A stretch of 62,608 bases of DNA, the filler included. It is 11 parts of 11 records of this genome, joined end to end, with 100 filler letters (N's around TTAATTAATTAA, not from the genome) between each part and the next. Parts side by side here need not be neighbours in the genome. Positions count along the whole stretch, not along the records: positions 26,374 to 32,510 come from SRR15195285_4270; positions 32,611 to 40,267 come from SRR15195285_4272; positions 40,368 to 43,590 come from SRR15195285_4278; 8 more parts are not named here. The stretch is one strand, 5' to 3'. Position 1 is the stretch's first letter. Each line of letters opens with the position of its first letter. A model generated the notes under the pieces. It saw only the letters and a program-made list of their open reading frames with translations. It searched no databases and was not told where the DNA came from. Of the stretch, positions 29,601-40,632 are shown piece by piece. The translations under genes were made by a program, and so were the position numbers.

Positions 29601-31914
29601 ACACTACGTGTGGGAAGCGAGCGCCAGCGGGTCGATTGCTGGGACCCAGGTGTTGGCTGAAGAAAGTGGATCCGGCCATATTGGGGTTCAAATCCGCAAC
29701 CTCAACGGTGTGCTGCGCGATTACGACGGCGAGATTGCTGCATTAAGACTCGTGGGAGGATTCGATCAAGGTGACGGAGAGTCGGAGCAATCAGGTGAAC
29801 ACGTCGTGGCGGCAGCTCTTGGCCAGGCGAGTGGCGAAACAACGGACGAGGTTCGGCACCTCCTCACGCGAATGCATGAACAGTTCTATTTGCGCAAGTA
29901 TGAGGTCAACGTCTTTTACCAGCTCTCGGCGCTTTATCCCTCTCTGCAGCCGCTAGCAACACTGTGTGACTACCTGTGCTGCCGTGGGCGCAAGGGCTCC
30001 GAGTCATTGTTCTGCTCGCAGTTCAACGCAGATATCTATCAAGGCATGGGCTTGATGTCTCCGGAAGTTGACCCAAGCACTGTGCTACCAGTCGATTTCC
30101 TCCCCAGCCTTGCGTTGCCAGGATTCCCCCGGTTCGCCAGTGAGATTATTCCCTTGAAGGTGCGAAAGAGCAAGGTCAAAGGTCAGTACTTGCTGGCCCA
30201 TGAGGAGGAGTCGGCTGCGAAAGAGCGTTGGAAGCTCTCTTCTGCATCGATAGGCCTTGCTACAGCGGACAGATTTGGGGAGCAAGGCGGCAATCATCAC
30301 ATGACCAAGCACATCCGGGTTTCACAGCAGACGGCGCTTCGCGCGCAAAAAGACGTCGCCGATGTTTTGAGCCGTGCTGAGCAGGCCCATGCAGCCAGCG
30401 CCGTCAAACAACGAAGCAGTTCTCATGATATTGAAAACTCCGCCGCGGCTCGAGGTGTTGGCAACAGCAGCCACAGGTCTGCAGTGCGGCGTGGAGCTGG
30501 CTTGCAACAGCGTGCAGAGAGCCCGCGCAGCATCTCAAAAATGGGGCTAGCAGGGTCGCCTCGTGGTACACCTACCAAGATCTCCATCAATGCAGCAGTG
30601 ACCAAAAGTAAACTTTTTGCCAACGTAAAAGCTGGAAATGTATCTGCTGTCAAGAAGCTGCTGTGTAGTGGTGCCCTTCCCAACGACAGCAACGACGACG
30701 GTGACCCACCTGTCTGCTGGGCATCCTTGAGGGGGCATGAGGGGGTCGTGGTTGCCCTGCTTGCGGCTGGCGCGGAGGTGAACGCACCAGACAGTTGCGG
30801 GAGCACCGGGCTCATCCATGCAGCTAAGTGTGGCCATGCAAGTGTCTGTGCGGTGTTGCTGGAGTCGAACGCGGATGTTCACTTGAAGGATGAGCACAGT
30901 CAGACTGCCCTCAACTACGCAAAGCGTTTCAAAAAACATGATGTGGAGCGTATAATCGAAGCTTGGATCGACGCGAAGTTTACTGTCGTGAGCCCTGAGT
31001 CCGAGGCAGAAGCGGTTGGAGAAGCGGGCAGCAGCAGCCATAGTAGTGCTACAGTGGGGATGTTAGCGGCAGCTGCAATGGTCGAGAAAGCGCGCCTGGC
31101 ATCGTTGGCGACAACAAAGCGACAGGGGGAGATGGACTCTTCGATAAACGCTATGAAGACTCAACATCAGTCAGAACTCGAGAAACTCTCTGAGAAAATA
31201 TCAGTCGTTATGTTGGAGAATGCCAGGCTTGCGTCAATATGTGGTGAGGAGCCAGTGTACAACACTCCTACTTCCCCAGTGCTACCTCCGTCGTCAACGC
31301 CGCCCTCGGCCACGGACGTACAGGTGCACGAGCACTTGATATCTGGGCACGACTTGGAGCATGGCCAGGAGCTGCGCGAGAAGGAGACTGTGCTCCCGAA
31401 AGAGGTCGAGATCTTGTTGCCACGAACCGAGTCTGGCGTGGTTGGCGTTGACTCGGGCTCTGAGTCTTCTGCGAAGAGCCGACTTCGGGCCCGACCTCGT
31501 TTTCCCAAGCTTCACATGGAAGACTCGCCCGCGTATCGACCACGTCGCCGGGAGACCTCCTATAACCAGACGGACAACCAGGATATCATCCCGCCCTCTT
31601 CTAATTCCGCAGCTCCGCCTCAACCTGTGCTTGAGAAGGCCGCTGAAGCGTCGCAACTCGTTTTAAATCGGCCGGGCCGTCCTGACATGTCCCCTGCGTC
31701 TGGTGTCACCCGTGAACCAGACCAGGTCGCGCGCGCACGTGCGCAGGAAGTCCTACAGCCCGGGATCACTGGGACCGGCACAGAGCGCTCCCCTGGTAGT
31801 CTCCGGCGCGCACCATATCAATCTAACGTGCCACGCACCCAGAGTGCCGTAGCCCAGAGGGCGATGATGCTGCTGGATAGTGACACGGAGGAGACTAGTG
31901 AAGAGGAACACTAG
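26656..31914 (+). CDS. 1752-aa protein: split permuted papain-like (NlpC/P60) domain, C2, voltage-sensor domain, PH-like domain, ankyrin repeats, coiled coil
   Basis: FDLLLFRG..FSHVG; C2 motifs DPYVRV/RTKTV/NPQF/IQVWDED; S2 F..E...R, S3 WN..D, S4 RNLKLVRLLPR; PH C-terminal helix RDAWIEALN; YVWEAS..GVQIRNL..LFCSQ..DIY..P.DFL; 3-4 ankyrin repeats at about 30610-30960. Confidence 0.85.
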   Translation: MASRRRFRAGQSPTTAPEIGEITPHEESTSGEEDVFDDDHSWAAALNSDVEAELYHAVEALDVNSKRQLLRLLQNAEHEMEDHNGTTVGEFLEEVGADKNREFELFEKNLENLKSFDLLLFRGSDFVSDFIIKLTTKHRGVDFFSHVGICLTPPLLPRDGHYMKRGKFEAAAKVLPFVQLRLKLCDAQSGDPAMPHDLSITVLQCRGLPSRFDEGGLKEDPYVRVSLTPYDDIENRSSVTTTFFRTKTVWHGGHNPQFAAHHSNNGVLHLPAAPHPQPPQLRIQVWDEDRLSPDELVGLHNLDVDNRLLQQMASTTGTTRWLLLDVVDSVTDGSIYSKIQLPNYHRPEDVTHQEGIKRIATEDHEHDLTLGPERKPSSENYTSAAARRMANFLNDPAAAFVATQAAVANSAAGFHGPNASGARAASLVAGAECTPDSRKGGSVIRGNVLMAPMGLDYKALYVHEKQRSLPWQERCLAAMYTWKYYVFLVFLALLTVCTFEAKSMTLTAAVHKLLSDDMNRRIGLSGTLRPFGWEWLWQHPVWVEVADWSLLCFLVLECITRVLCLGIVAFSSSWNNVTDISFVAIDAVLSIFEYVIWAELGHRDYRNGGVVSITNEAGESHGMANTTRVWHVWDTSEEVVHTLENHERWMWWEQTPMKFMVVVIMRNLKLVRLLPRLLALRKKVRRQRKGSKWGLHEVIARRTNRGIEISWANVLYMQGQEEDQEISAYTRGPLLIGIDPSSPARPATVLDKFTHIDHLQSRSDYCFKVPAVSVPDDSEAPGAAAKGVCGCRISSKKSTSPMAGSRTNRFVGYLQFDAEKKDVRDAWIEALNAEFARFLEDQPSSVLAIEVRQEQAELRRLAMAAVTTVRLSLRLQMNRSGPQKGRNFSVFFEEFANTHGIKGASGRQHNLSGDLGRLADRATTAAANQELSSHQFSVLDRDTDGVDDPAVSPSRIRDLRTTSKVEKNEVKLKEHYSDGSPVHYVWEASASGSIAGTQVLAEESGSGHIGVQIRNLNGVLRDYDGEIAALRLVGGFDQGDGESEQSGEHVVAAALGQASGETTDEVRHLLTRMHEQFYLRKYEVNVFYQLSALYPSLQPLATLCDYLCCRGRKGSESLFCSQFNADIYQGMGLMSPEVDPSTVLPVDFLPSLALPGFPRFASEIIPLKVRKSKVKGQYLLAHEEESAAKERWKLSSASIGLATADRFGEQGGNHHMTKHIRVSQQTALRAQKDVADVLSRAEQAHAASAVKQRSSSHDIENSAAARGVGNSSHRSAVRRGAGLQQRAESPRSISKMGLAGSPRGTPTKISINAAVTKSKLFANVKAGNVSAVKKLLCSGALPNDSNDDGDPPVCWASLRGHEGVVVALLAAGAEVNAPDSCGSTGLIHAAKCGHASVCAVLLESNADVHLKDEHSQTALNYAKRFKKHDVERIIEAWIDAKFTVVSPESEAEAVGEAGSSSHSSATVGMLAAAAMVEKARLASLATTKRQGEMDSSINAMKTQHQSELEKLSEKISVVMLENARLASICGEEPVYNTPTSPVLPPSSTPPSATDVQVHEHLISGHDLEHGQELREKETVLPKEVEILLPRTESGVVGVDSGSESSAKSRLRARPRFPKLHMEDSPAYRPRRRETSYNQTDNQDIIPPSSNSAAPPQPVLEKAAEASQLVLNRPGRPDMSPASGVTREPDQVARARAQEVLQPGITGTGTERSPGSLRRAPYQSNVPRTQSAVAQRAMMLLDSDTEETSEEEH

Positions 31915-31966
31915 GTGGACAAAACGGGGATTTGCGCAAAATGAATGCATTGCATCCTACTCTGTA

Positions 31967-32510
31967 CTACTGCTGCCCTCTTGGCAGACCCATCTCAGTT
32001 GCAATCCGTGCCCAGCTAGAGTCTGCGGGTAATCCGAGCGACACAGCTTTCAGCTCTCGCTGGTGCTTGTCCTGTAGCGACAAGTGCTCTTTGTCCGCTG
32101 CTCGATTACCATCATTTGTCAGCACAGAGACCTCTTGCCACCAACGCACAGCGCGGAAAGCACTGATGCGCGCTGAGGCTTGCCAGAGTCCCAGCCGCCA
32201 CTGCCAACCAGGCTCGATGGTGCCTCCGCCACCTATTTGCCGCGGAGGTCCGTTAAGCGATAGCGCCTTCAGGCAGTACTCCGCGGTGACGATATACGTT
32301 TCTGTAGCACGGCCACCGAGCCTCGCATTTGCTGACCTAAGGCAGTCGTTCGTTTTGAGCAGTAGCAGAACGGATCGATCGACCGTCTGCAGGACCTCCA
32401 TTATACCAGGAAGGTACTCCACGACGTTCATTCGAAGCTCAGCCTCGTACGCCTCTGCAGCTGTACCAGCGTCATCGCCATGGGGCTGGGGCTGGGGCTG
32501 GGGCTGGGGC
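31967..32510 (-). CDS. ABC1/ADCK (ADCK1-like) atypical kinase, C-terminal fragment
   Basis: Motif IMEVLQTVDRSVLLLLKTNDCLRSANARLG resembles the ADCK1 C-terminal LLLLLKTND.LR...LG. The 5' part lies off the contig. Confidence 0.6.
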
Positions 32511-32610
32511 NNNNNNNNNNNNNNNNNNNNNNNNNNNNNNNNNNNNNNNNNNNNTTAATTAATTAANNNNNNNNNNNNNNNNNNNNNNNNNNNNNNNNNN
32601 NNNNNNNNNN

Positions 32611-33233
32611 GGGAGGAGGAGGAGGAGGAGGAGGCCGCGCCTGAAAATGAGGAGGGCGAGGTTGAACGGCAAGACCCGCCTCTATCTGCTCCAGTGGCGA
32701 GCGAGGGGGAAGCGGGGCGACTGGTCACAGTGACACTGCTAACAATCCCCCCGAAGGTGGTGGCACCGGTACCGGAGCCTGAGCCAGAGCCCGAGGCGGA
32801 GGGAGTCGAGGAGGCGGAGACCGCACCAGCAAGCGAGGGCGAGGCTGCGGCTGAGGGCGAACCCGAGAACGACGCAGCCGCTGATACGGTGGAAGCGGAC
32901 GGCACAGAGGCCCAGGCGGAAGTTGAGGACACGCCACCACAGCCTGAGGTGGTTGCCTTCTCAACTACGGACGGCCAGAACGAGGACGGAGGTGTGACGC
33001 TAAAGACAGTTGGCGGTGTGGCAAGGTTTGCTTCGGGTACCCTAGTGATTCCAGCCGAGGTCGCACCGGGAACATACGAGTTGCTGATTGAGGACACGAC
33101 ACCACACTCAGAGCCGGGCATGAAGCTAACTACCTGTCGGTTGCCGTCCGAGCCGGCGCACGAGATAGTGACAGTGATTGTGAAAGCGCCGCAGGCCGAG
33201 GGCGAGGAAGCCACCGAAGAGGGAGCGGAATAG
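32611..33233 (+). CDS. C-terminal fragment of an acidic hypothetical protein with a beta-rich tail
   Basis: Frame open from the contig start to TAG at 33233. Glu/Pro-rich, then VIPAEVAPGTYELLIED. No family recognised. Confidence 0.55.
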
Positions 33234-33440
33234 TGAAGTGTACGGGCTCAACAAATCGCGTGCGCCTGCAGAACTCAGTCCAAGGGACTTCATTCTAGAC
33301 AGGCTTGCGCTTTTCTAAGAAACCACAGGCTATCTATCGACTCTTGAGTATCCAACAACCACACCTGTTCCAGGTAGCACTCAAGAGTAGCTTCACAGCA
33401 AGCAGAACGAATCCAGACCTCGATCTTCATCTCAATAGCA

Positions 33441-36400
33441 TCACTGAACCAGCAGCAGATTCCAGCGTAACTGTCAGTGCGCTCCCACAACTTCGGAGTA
33501 GATTTGCATGCGGCGAGGCTTTCTAAGGACAACACAACAAAGAACGAAGAACTCACAATCCAGGGAGTCCAGCCCTCATACATCAGACTGAGGTTCTCAA
33601 TACTGGTGGCTTCGCTGATGACCCTTTCCACGTGCTCCGACACCGAAAGCCGAGAGCTGTAGTCCAGTGGTCGATGCGACTGGCTAGCTTCACCAGCCGG
33701 ACCGTGGCTGCCAGCAAGCCCGTTCGGATCGTGTGCCAAGGCACCCAGCCGGCAAGCGTCACGTCCTACGGTGCAGGCCATGGCAGCAGAACTTTCAGTA
33801 CAGTATGCTCCATACACGAGGACACAAGCACGCAGAGGGCAGCAGCTGCCGGTTACGTGCCGCGTGCAAGCATAGTAACGTTGCCGCTCGGGCTGAGTCA
33901 CTTACCGTCCAGCTTGTATCTCACTCGCTTCAGCGCACCCAGCGCGTACCGGTCTCGCAACTCTGCCTGTGGAGCCTCCGCCTCACCGGATTCCGTCTCA
34001 GTCGTCGCAGGTATTGTGCTGCCATCCTCTGGCTCAGGCTCCACTGGCAAGCTACCGGAATGTGACCTGCCTGCAGTTGCTTCCTCCTCCTGCTGCTGTT
34101 CCGCTTGTTGCGTGATTGCGGCCGCTGCAACTGCAGCTGCGGTGTCTTCTTCCTCCTCTTCCACCACTGTTTCGTCCTCACCATCGTCTTCGCCACCATT
34201 TTCTCGAGCTCGCGCAGCACACTTTGCACCAAACTCAACCAATTTCAGGTGAAAGTCGGTTGAGTGTTCGGATATCTCAGCGAATACTCCACGCAGCGAC
34301 GTGCTCGACAAGCCAGCGGCGCCCCCAATTTTGCTTGAGCACTGACGAACCACTGACATGGCCCGGTCCTCGCTGCGTCGATTTCAATTCAAACAACACC
34401 AAGTGCGGGTTAGCAGCAGCAGCAGCAGAAAGAAACCCATAGGCAGACGCGGTTGGAGAATGTGCAGGATATCGAGAGAACTGCATGCGGGGCAGCTACT
34501 ACATACCCCTCAGACTTTCGCTCTGCTGCCCCCGGTGGTGGTGCACTCGCCGCCAAGGCATTGCATAACGACGCCACAGTATCATTGAGCTTCGCCTGCG
34601 CACGCTTGTGCTGCGCGTCCAGTGACGCGGCAGCGCGCGCGATGGCGTGGTCGTGGCGTGTGGTTAGCATGACGTTACGCAGCAGCGAGCCGACATCCTT
34701 CCACAAGCGGGCGGTCGACTGCACAGTCGGCTGTATTTCTGCAGAAATCCTACGCGCAGCGTGCACCTGCGGCGTGGCCTTGAGCTTGATCTTCTCAAGT
34801 TTTGATTCTACCTGCAGCAGGGCACTGCCCGCAGTCTCCAGCGCGGTCGTCAGTCGGGCTTGCTCCTCCGCGGCACGTGCCAACCAGCTACTGCCCTGCA
34901 GTATCTCAGCGGCAGCCGCCGAGTCTGCTTGCAGCGTGTTGCCGAGGCGGCCCATCAACGTGATATGCGCGGAGTCGATCGCGGTGTGCGCTTGAGTCAG
35001 TACTGACGAGTGGGACTCGTGCCCGAAGCTTGCTTTCGAAATACCCAGCAGTGTCGCCACTTGTCCGGCCACCACTCCCCATACGCCTCGGCGTTTCTTT
35101 GCCAGCTGCTCAATGCCACGCTGCGCATCTGTCAGCTGACTTTTACCTTGGCCCTGCAACTGCTGCCGGAGGGTTGAGACAACATCATTCTCTGCACTCA
35201 CCCACAGCTCATGCGCACTGACCAGCTGTTGTCGCGCAGCCTCCAGAGCCGTGTGAGCGTGCTCCAGCGACGCGATCATCTCAGTACGGCGAGGAAACCC
35301 TTCGGGGGATTCGACTAATCCGGCCAGCGCCGGACGCGAGGCCAACAGCTGCAGTCTCTCGCGGCTCAACGGCTGGGTCGGGTTTGCCGCTGCATCTTGG
35401 GCTACGGCAGCAAGAGATTCGCCGAACTGCGGCAGCACCTCACCCTCAAGCTCTGCCTGTTGACAATTCGTCAGCCAAGTCTGGTAAACTTCGAGAAGAT
35501 CGTGGTGCATCCAGCGAGCGCGAAGGAGCTGCGATTTCCTATCGTTGTATTCATTATCGAGCTCGCGCACTGACGTCGCCACCTGCTGGCGGTTGCGTAC
35601 CCCTCGCGCCATGGCGACGCTCGCCTCACAGTAGGCGACCACACGTTGGTGGTACTCTCCGAGATGCGCCAGGTCGCCTGAGCATGCACCGACGACACTG
35701 CGCCCACTTGCAGCAACTGGCTCCGGAAGTTGTGTGCCTGGGGTGTTGGTGCCAATCATCGCTGCGCGGCCAGCAATTAGTCTTTGAAGCAGGATCCGCA
35801 CATGTGGCGATAGGACCTCAGTGCAGTAAGCTCCGAGGAACGCTTGCAACGCTGCGGTAGCTTCGACACCACCCTGTCGCACGCTGCGCGTCGCATCCGA
35901 GTTGTCGTCGTTCTGTTCACGCCCATGCGCATGGAACACGGCACGCATGGCCTGCATTTTGCGAGCAAAGAGAAGGCATCGGACGTGCCCCGCATCCTTC
36001 CCACCAGTCCCCTGTACTGGATTCCCACCTGCTTCAAGCGACTGTCGCAGGGTCAGATTGCCCTGCTGCACTCTACCGAAGAGACGAGCCACCTCACGCA
36101 TCAGCTTAAGCGACAAGCTGTTCTCGGTCGCCGTGTTGGCCACCGCTGCGGCGAACTGCTGTTCCATAGTGCTGACCTCACCTACTATTGAGTTGCGTGC
36201 TGCGACGAGAGATGAGCGATACTGATCACGCCCTTGCCAGCGCATGCGCATCTCCTGTAGTGTCGCAGAGGTGCGATCTTTCTGATCTGTCAGCTCTGCT
36301 GTGTCCTCCCAGCTAACGTCCTGGCCAGCCAAGGCTCGGAGCGTGTCGTTGTACTGCACCATGCGCCTTTCTAGCTCAGCAGTTGTCTCATCATAGGACG

Positions 36401-39400
36401 TCTCAAAGCGGTTGTGCTCAGCCATGTCGTTGCCAATCCGTTCATATTCAGATAGCCGAGTCTCTGCTGCCTCAACGAGCTTCTGTAATCTGTTCACTGC
36501 GACAAGGTCTGGTTGCGCAGTCGATGCAACCGTGCGCCGCACTTCGGGGGACGCGACCAAGCTGGTGAAGTCTGTCAACAACTCTCGTAGCAAGAAGATG
36601 ACGCTGCCAGCAGCGGTGACTGGCTCATCTTCCAGTTGGGTCTGGTCACGGCGCTGGGTTATGAGCGACAGCAGCACCTGGAGCTGCTCAACGATATTCT
36701 CAAGTTTGGCATGGGCTGGATCAATCCTGACGCCGTCAGTAGCTGGTGCATCCGCAATCACGCGCTCCGTGCGCTCGAGCAAGCTGCACATGACCAAGAC
36801 CGCCACCGCCGTGGCAGTGCGACGGTTCTTGGGAGTTGCGATCTGAGAATCTAGCTCACTGACTGCATTGCGTGTCTCCTCGACTTGTTGCCGGCTTTCG
36901 GCCTCGTCATACATTTCATCAGCTGCCAAGACCGATTGCTTTTCCTCCTCGAGGCTGAGGAGCTTGCTAACAATTTTCTGCTCGAGTGCGTAAGCCATCT
37001 GCGCACGGTGTTGTATCATCTGTGGTGATGCTTTCTTGCAGATTTCTTGTACGAGCTCAACTGTTGGCACGCCTTGTGCCAGCTCGTGCAGCCAACGACC
37101 CCACTCCACCCGACGGTCGCGGCCGGTGTAGTCATCTGGCATGAGCCGCGCAACGAAAGCGTATGCGCTCATCGTAGTCCTCCAATGCTCCACAGCTTCC
37201 TCTATCGACCGCAATAGGATCGGCCGCTCTTCGTCCAACTGAAAGCAAGTCTCGGCTGTCTCAGCTGCGATGCTACCCATGCACTGGGTCACGAGCGACA
37301 CCCACGAATTCTCTCCTGTCTCCGTCGCCGAGTCAGGCGACACCACGTCCGGCCAAGCCTCTTGGACGACGACCTCAAACGCGCGCTTTGATTCCTGGTG
37401 ACCGGACGCACACTTTTGTAGAGAGCTTGATACTGCTTCCTTAATAGACTGGGTTTCTCGCAAAAGCTGCGGCTGCTCGGCCTGGCGCTGCTTGACCAAG
37501 TGCTCCGTCTTGCTTATTTGCAATAGCAAATCGTTCAAAGCCTCTTGAGAGCTTGCAATTTCGAGCTCGTACCCTTGCTGCTTCTTGTCCAGGCCAGCGA
37601 CACTTGTTGCAGTCTTACTAAGCGGGGTGCCTACCTTCTCCAGTTTCTCCAGCTGCTCCGCAAAAACGGTTGCGTTCTCGCTTAGAGCAATCTTCATCTC
37701 TTCGACACGCGAGGCGAAAAGGCTGAGCCCAACACCAAGCTCCATGTCTTTGCGGGCTTCTTGTGCTGCCTTCTCGGCAGCCCAGTCGACAAGCGGATCA
37801 TAAACGAAGGCTTCCAAGAGAGTAAGAAGCGTCTCTTTGTTGCGTCGCATTACCCGCATCACATGCTCACTGCCTTGACGGAACGCTCCTTCGACTCCCG
37901 ACACGCCGAGCGCCGCTTGCATCGTGTGCGTCATCCGGAACGGCACAAGCTCTGGCACTCGTAAGCGCAGCCCCTTTTCAAAGCACACGTTGTAGTCAAT
38001 GTGCACCACTTCGCCGGAGTTGAAGTCCACGAGAATGTTGTCAGTGTGACGGTCACCTAGACCGAGCACATAGCCAACCATGGACATCACCGCAGTCGAA
38101 CGTGCAAAAGTCTGAGTCTTGTCCCACCATTCAGCCTGGCTCGAGCTCGTGCACCAGAACTCATTCGACAGTAGCTCACGTGGAGTTTCGTGGATGAGCT
38201 CTATAAGCACCTTGCGCAGCACGCTCTTCGGCCACTCACGGCGGGACGAAATGTTGGTGATTCCAATCTCTTTGAGGGCAGGGATAATCTTGGCGTAGAA
38301 CATGTCGTTGGTGCGTAGCGGAAGTGCCTTCGGTCTGTCTGCGGCACCAGAGCTCATGTTTTTCTTGGTGCACACCCTGCGCTGCCACTCCTTGTGCACC
38401 TGATTGAGTGGAGCAGTATTGTCGACCCACTGGATTAGACCCGCCTGACGAGCCAATGGAATTACAGGGTAATGGCGTGCGCGCAGACCCCGCGCGCGGC
38501 TTGGTCGGTCATTCATGAGCATGTTTGACGTAATGCTGAGGAACTGCATGATACGCTCATCGAGATGCAAGTCTTCATGGCCCTTGACAAGATACGCGTG
38601 GCGTAGTCCATCCGACCCAAGCAAGACAATTTTCTTTGGCTTCGTTTTCGTCGGCAACACGATGACGCGCGAGTCCATCGCTTGTACAGTTGTGTACTCG
38701 TCACCAGCAGCAAGCTGTAAACCAGGCATCGAAATCTTCGTATCATGAGCCTCCGCGAGTTTCGGACTGATGTCGTACAGCATGAGCGACTTGCGGCGCA
38801 GGTGACGCTCCATCTCCCGGATGACTGTAGCAAACGGGGTCCAAAGCGCGGCAGGATCCCATGGATTACGTGGATACTTCAACTCCTTGATCGCAGCGTC
38901 GAGTGTGAACCCGAAGTTTGACTGGAACCATGCCTCGTGGGGTGTCTCCGGTGTGCGACTAGTCAGCCCCTGTGTCTTCTCTAAGGATACCACGACGGGT
39001 TTCATGATTGCCCTACACTTTTCGCCAAGGATACGGGTTTTCTCAGCGTAGCTCAACGTGCTGTTCTGGCTAACACGCAGCAACTCATCCTTGAGCTGTC
39101 TCACACGCGAGAGTGCATCGTTCTGCACACTCTGTAAGGTACCCATCCACAGCTCTTCCCACAACACCGTGATTCTCACGAACTCCCCGATCATGCTGCG
39201 CGCCTCACGGATCAACTCTGGGTACGTACTAACTAGTGTGCCGAAAAGCTGCTCAAGGTTGGCCTTCGAGCCATCTTCAGAATCATATCCAACAATGGCT
39301 GGCCAGCTAATGAGATGCGGTGACTCGCTGCCAATTCGCGCAATCAGAGCATGCACCTGTGAGCGGACGTACTTATCCGGGTGACCCACGCGTGCAAAGA

Positions 39401-40267
39401 GCTGTGGAATGATTGCGCTCCACGGAGCAATCGGGGTTGTCTTGAAGCCTTCAGACAGAACATCCTCAAGATCACTGCCATGTTTCACCAACAGTCGAAG
39501 CAGTCGCAGTGTCACCATGATGTCACGATCGTCACAATCGAAAGCAAGCGTGGTAGATGTTCCTTGAGCGGCAGAGCTCGCCAATGTCCCATCCATATCG
39601 TTGTGCTGGCGATGCGTTTTACCCACTTGCAGGTATCGAAAGTAGCTCTGTGCCGCAATCCGGTACAGGCCGAGCATGCGTCGGCGCACGTACGTCCACA
39701 ACTGCATGAGATCATCAGCTGCGGCCTTAGCACTGCCAATGTACTGTAAAAGCGCGCTGCGAACCTCTGCGTCTTGGTCTTCTAAGACTGTGCCCATACC
39801 CCCCTCCTCACTTTGACTAGCCTCGCCATATTTCTGGAAGAGTTCACAGACCAAATTAACACACGTCTGGAGGTGCTGGCCCTCGAATGCGGTGGACGTC
39901 TGTAAGATTTCTTGGATGCGCGACAGTTCGGACTGAGTAAGTTGAAAATCCGATGCAACCTGGGTAGGCTGCTCCGTGTCGTTGGACTTGTGCCCCTCGC
40001 GGTAGCACCACGCTGCATGGTGTAGCCAGGCTTTCGCGCAACCTGGAGCCACCGTCTTTGCCTGGTTGATGCAGTCTCCGGCAACCTGGTTCAGCACGTC
40101 GATCGTCACGCCAGTTGTCTGCATGCTACCTCGAATGTTCGCTGCAATGATAGCCTCGATTCCGTCTATAGGATTCCGTCTATGATTCTGCAGCCACCCA
40201 GCAAGTTTCAGGAAAGCTTTTGCTTTCAAATCAGAGTCGGTCTTCATCGGTAGCATTCCTCCGCTTC
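33441..40267 (-). CDS. SMG1: SMG1 PIKK-family serine/threonine kinase (NMD), 5'-truncated, multi-exon at the 3' end
   Basis: TLRLLRLLVKH, IIPQLFAR, ETPHE.WF, LPTKTKPKK..GSDG..KGHEDLHLDERIMQFL, GLGDRH..N, HIDYNVCFEKG..VPE.VPFR, long post-kinase insertion, FATC EATSIENLSLMYEGWTPWI. Confidence 0.93.
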
Positions 40268-40632
40268 NNNNNNNNNNNNNNNNNNNNNNNNNNNNNNNNN
40301 NNNNNNNNNNNTTAATTAATTAANNNNNNNNNNNNNNNNNNNNNNNNNNNNNNNNNNNNNNNNNNNNAGCTTGGGGTCGGTCGACGTGGCGCCCCGTGGG
40401 CTGCCCCACCTCTGCCTGCCGCGATAGCCTGCGCCCTTTTGTGGCAGATCTTGCCAAGCACCGCCCGTGGGTAGTGATACACACCGCCGGGGAGCGAGGC
40501 TCGCGCTTGGGGTACTGTTGAGCGCTCTGTATTCGAAACTATCGGTATTCTGCAGGGGCTGCTGTGCGGTCGATAGTTTCGAAGCTGGCGGCAGCACAGC
40601 TGCCGTGTTGTTAACGCACGCGAGTCGAAAGA

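Noticed and set aside
26990-30110. Giant-virus origin of the permuted papain-like domain
   Set aside because: The motifs recall viral and bacterial members, but there are no viral hallmark genes or compositional shift; a phylogeny is needed.
21082-32510. Apparent clustering of the tethered-TF gene and the voltage-sensor enzyme gene as one system
   Set aside because: They are on different contigs separated by a spacer, so there is no evidence of linkage.
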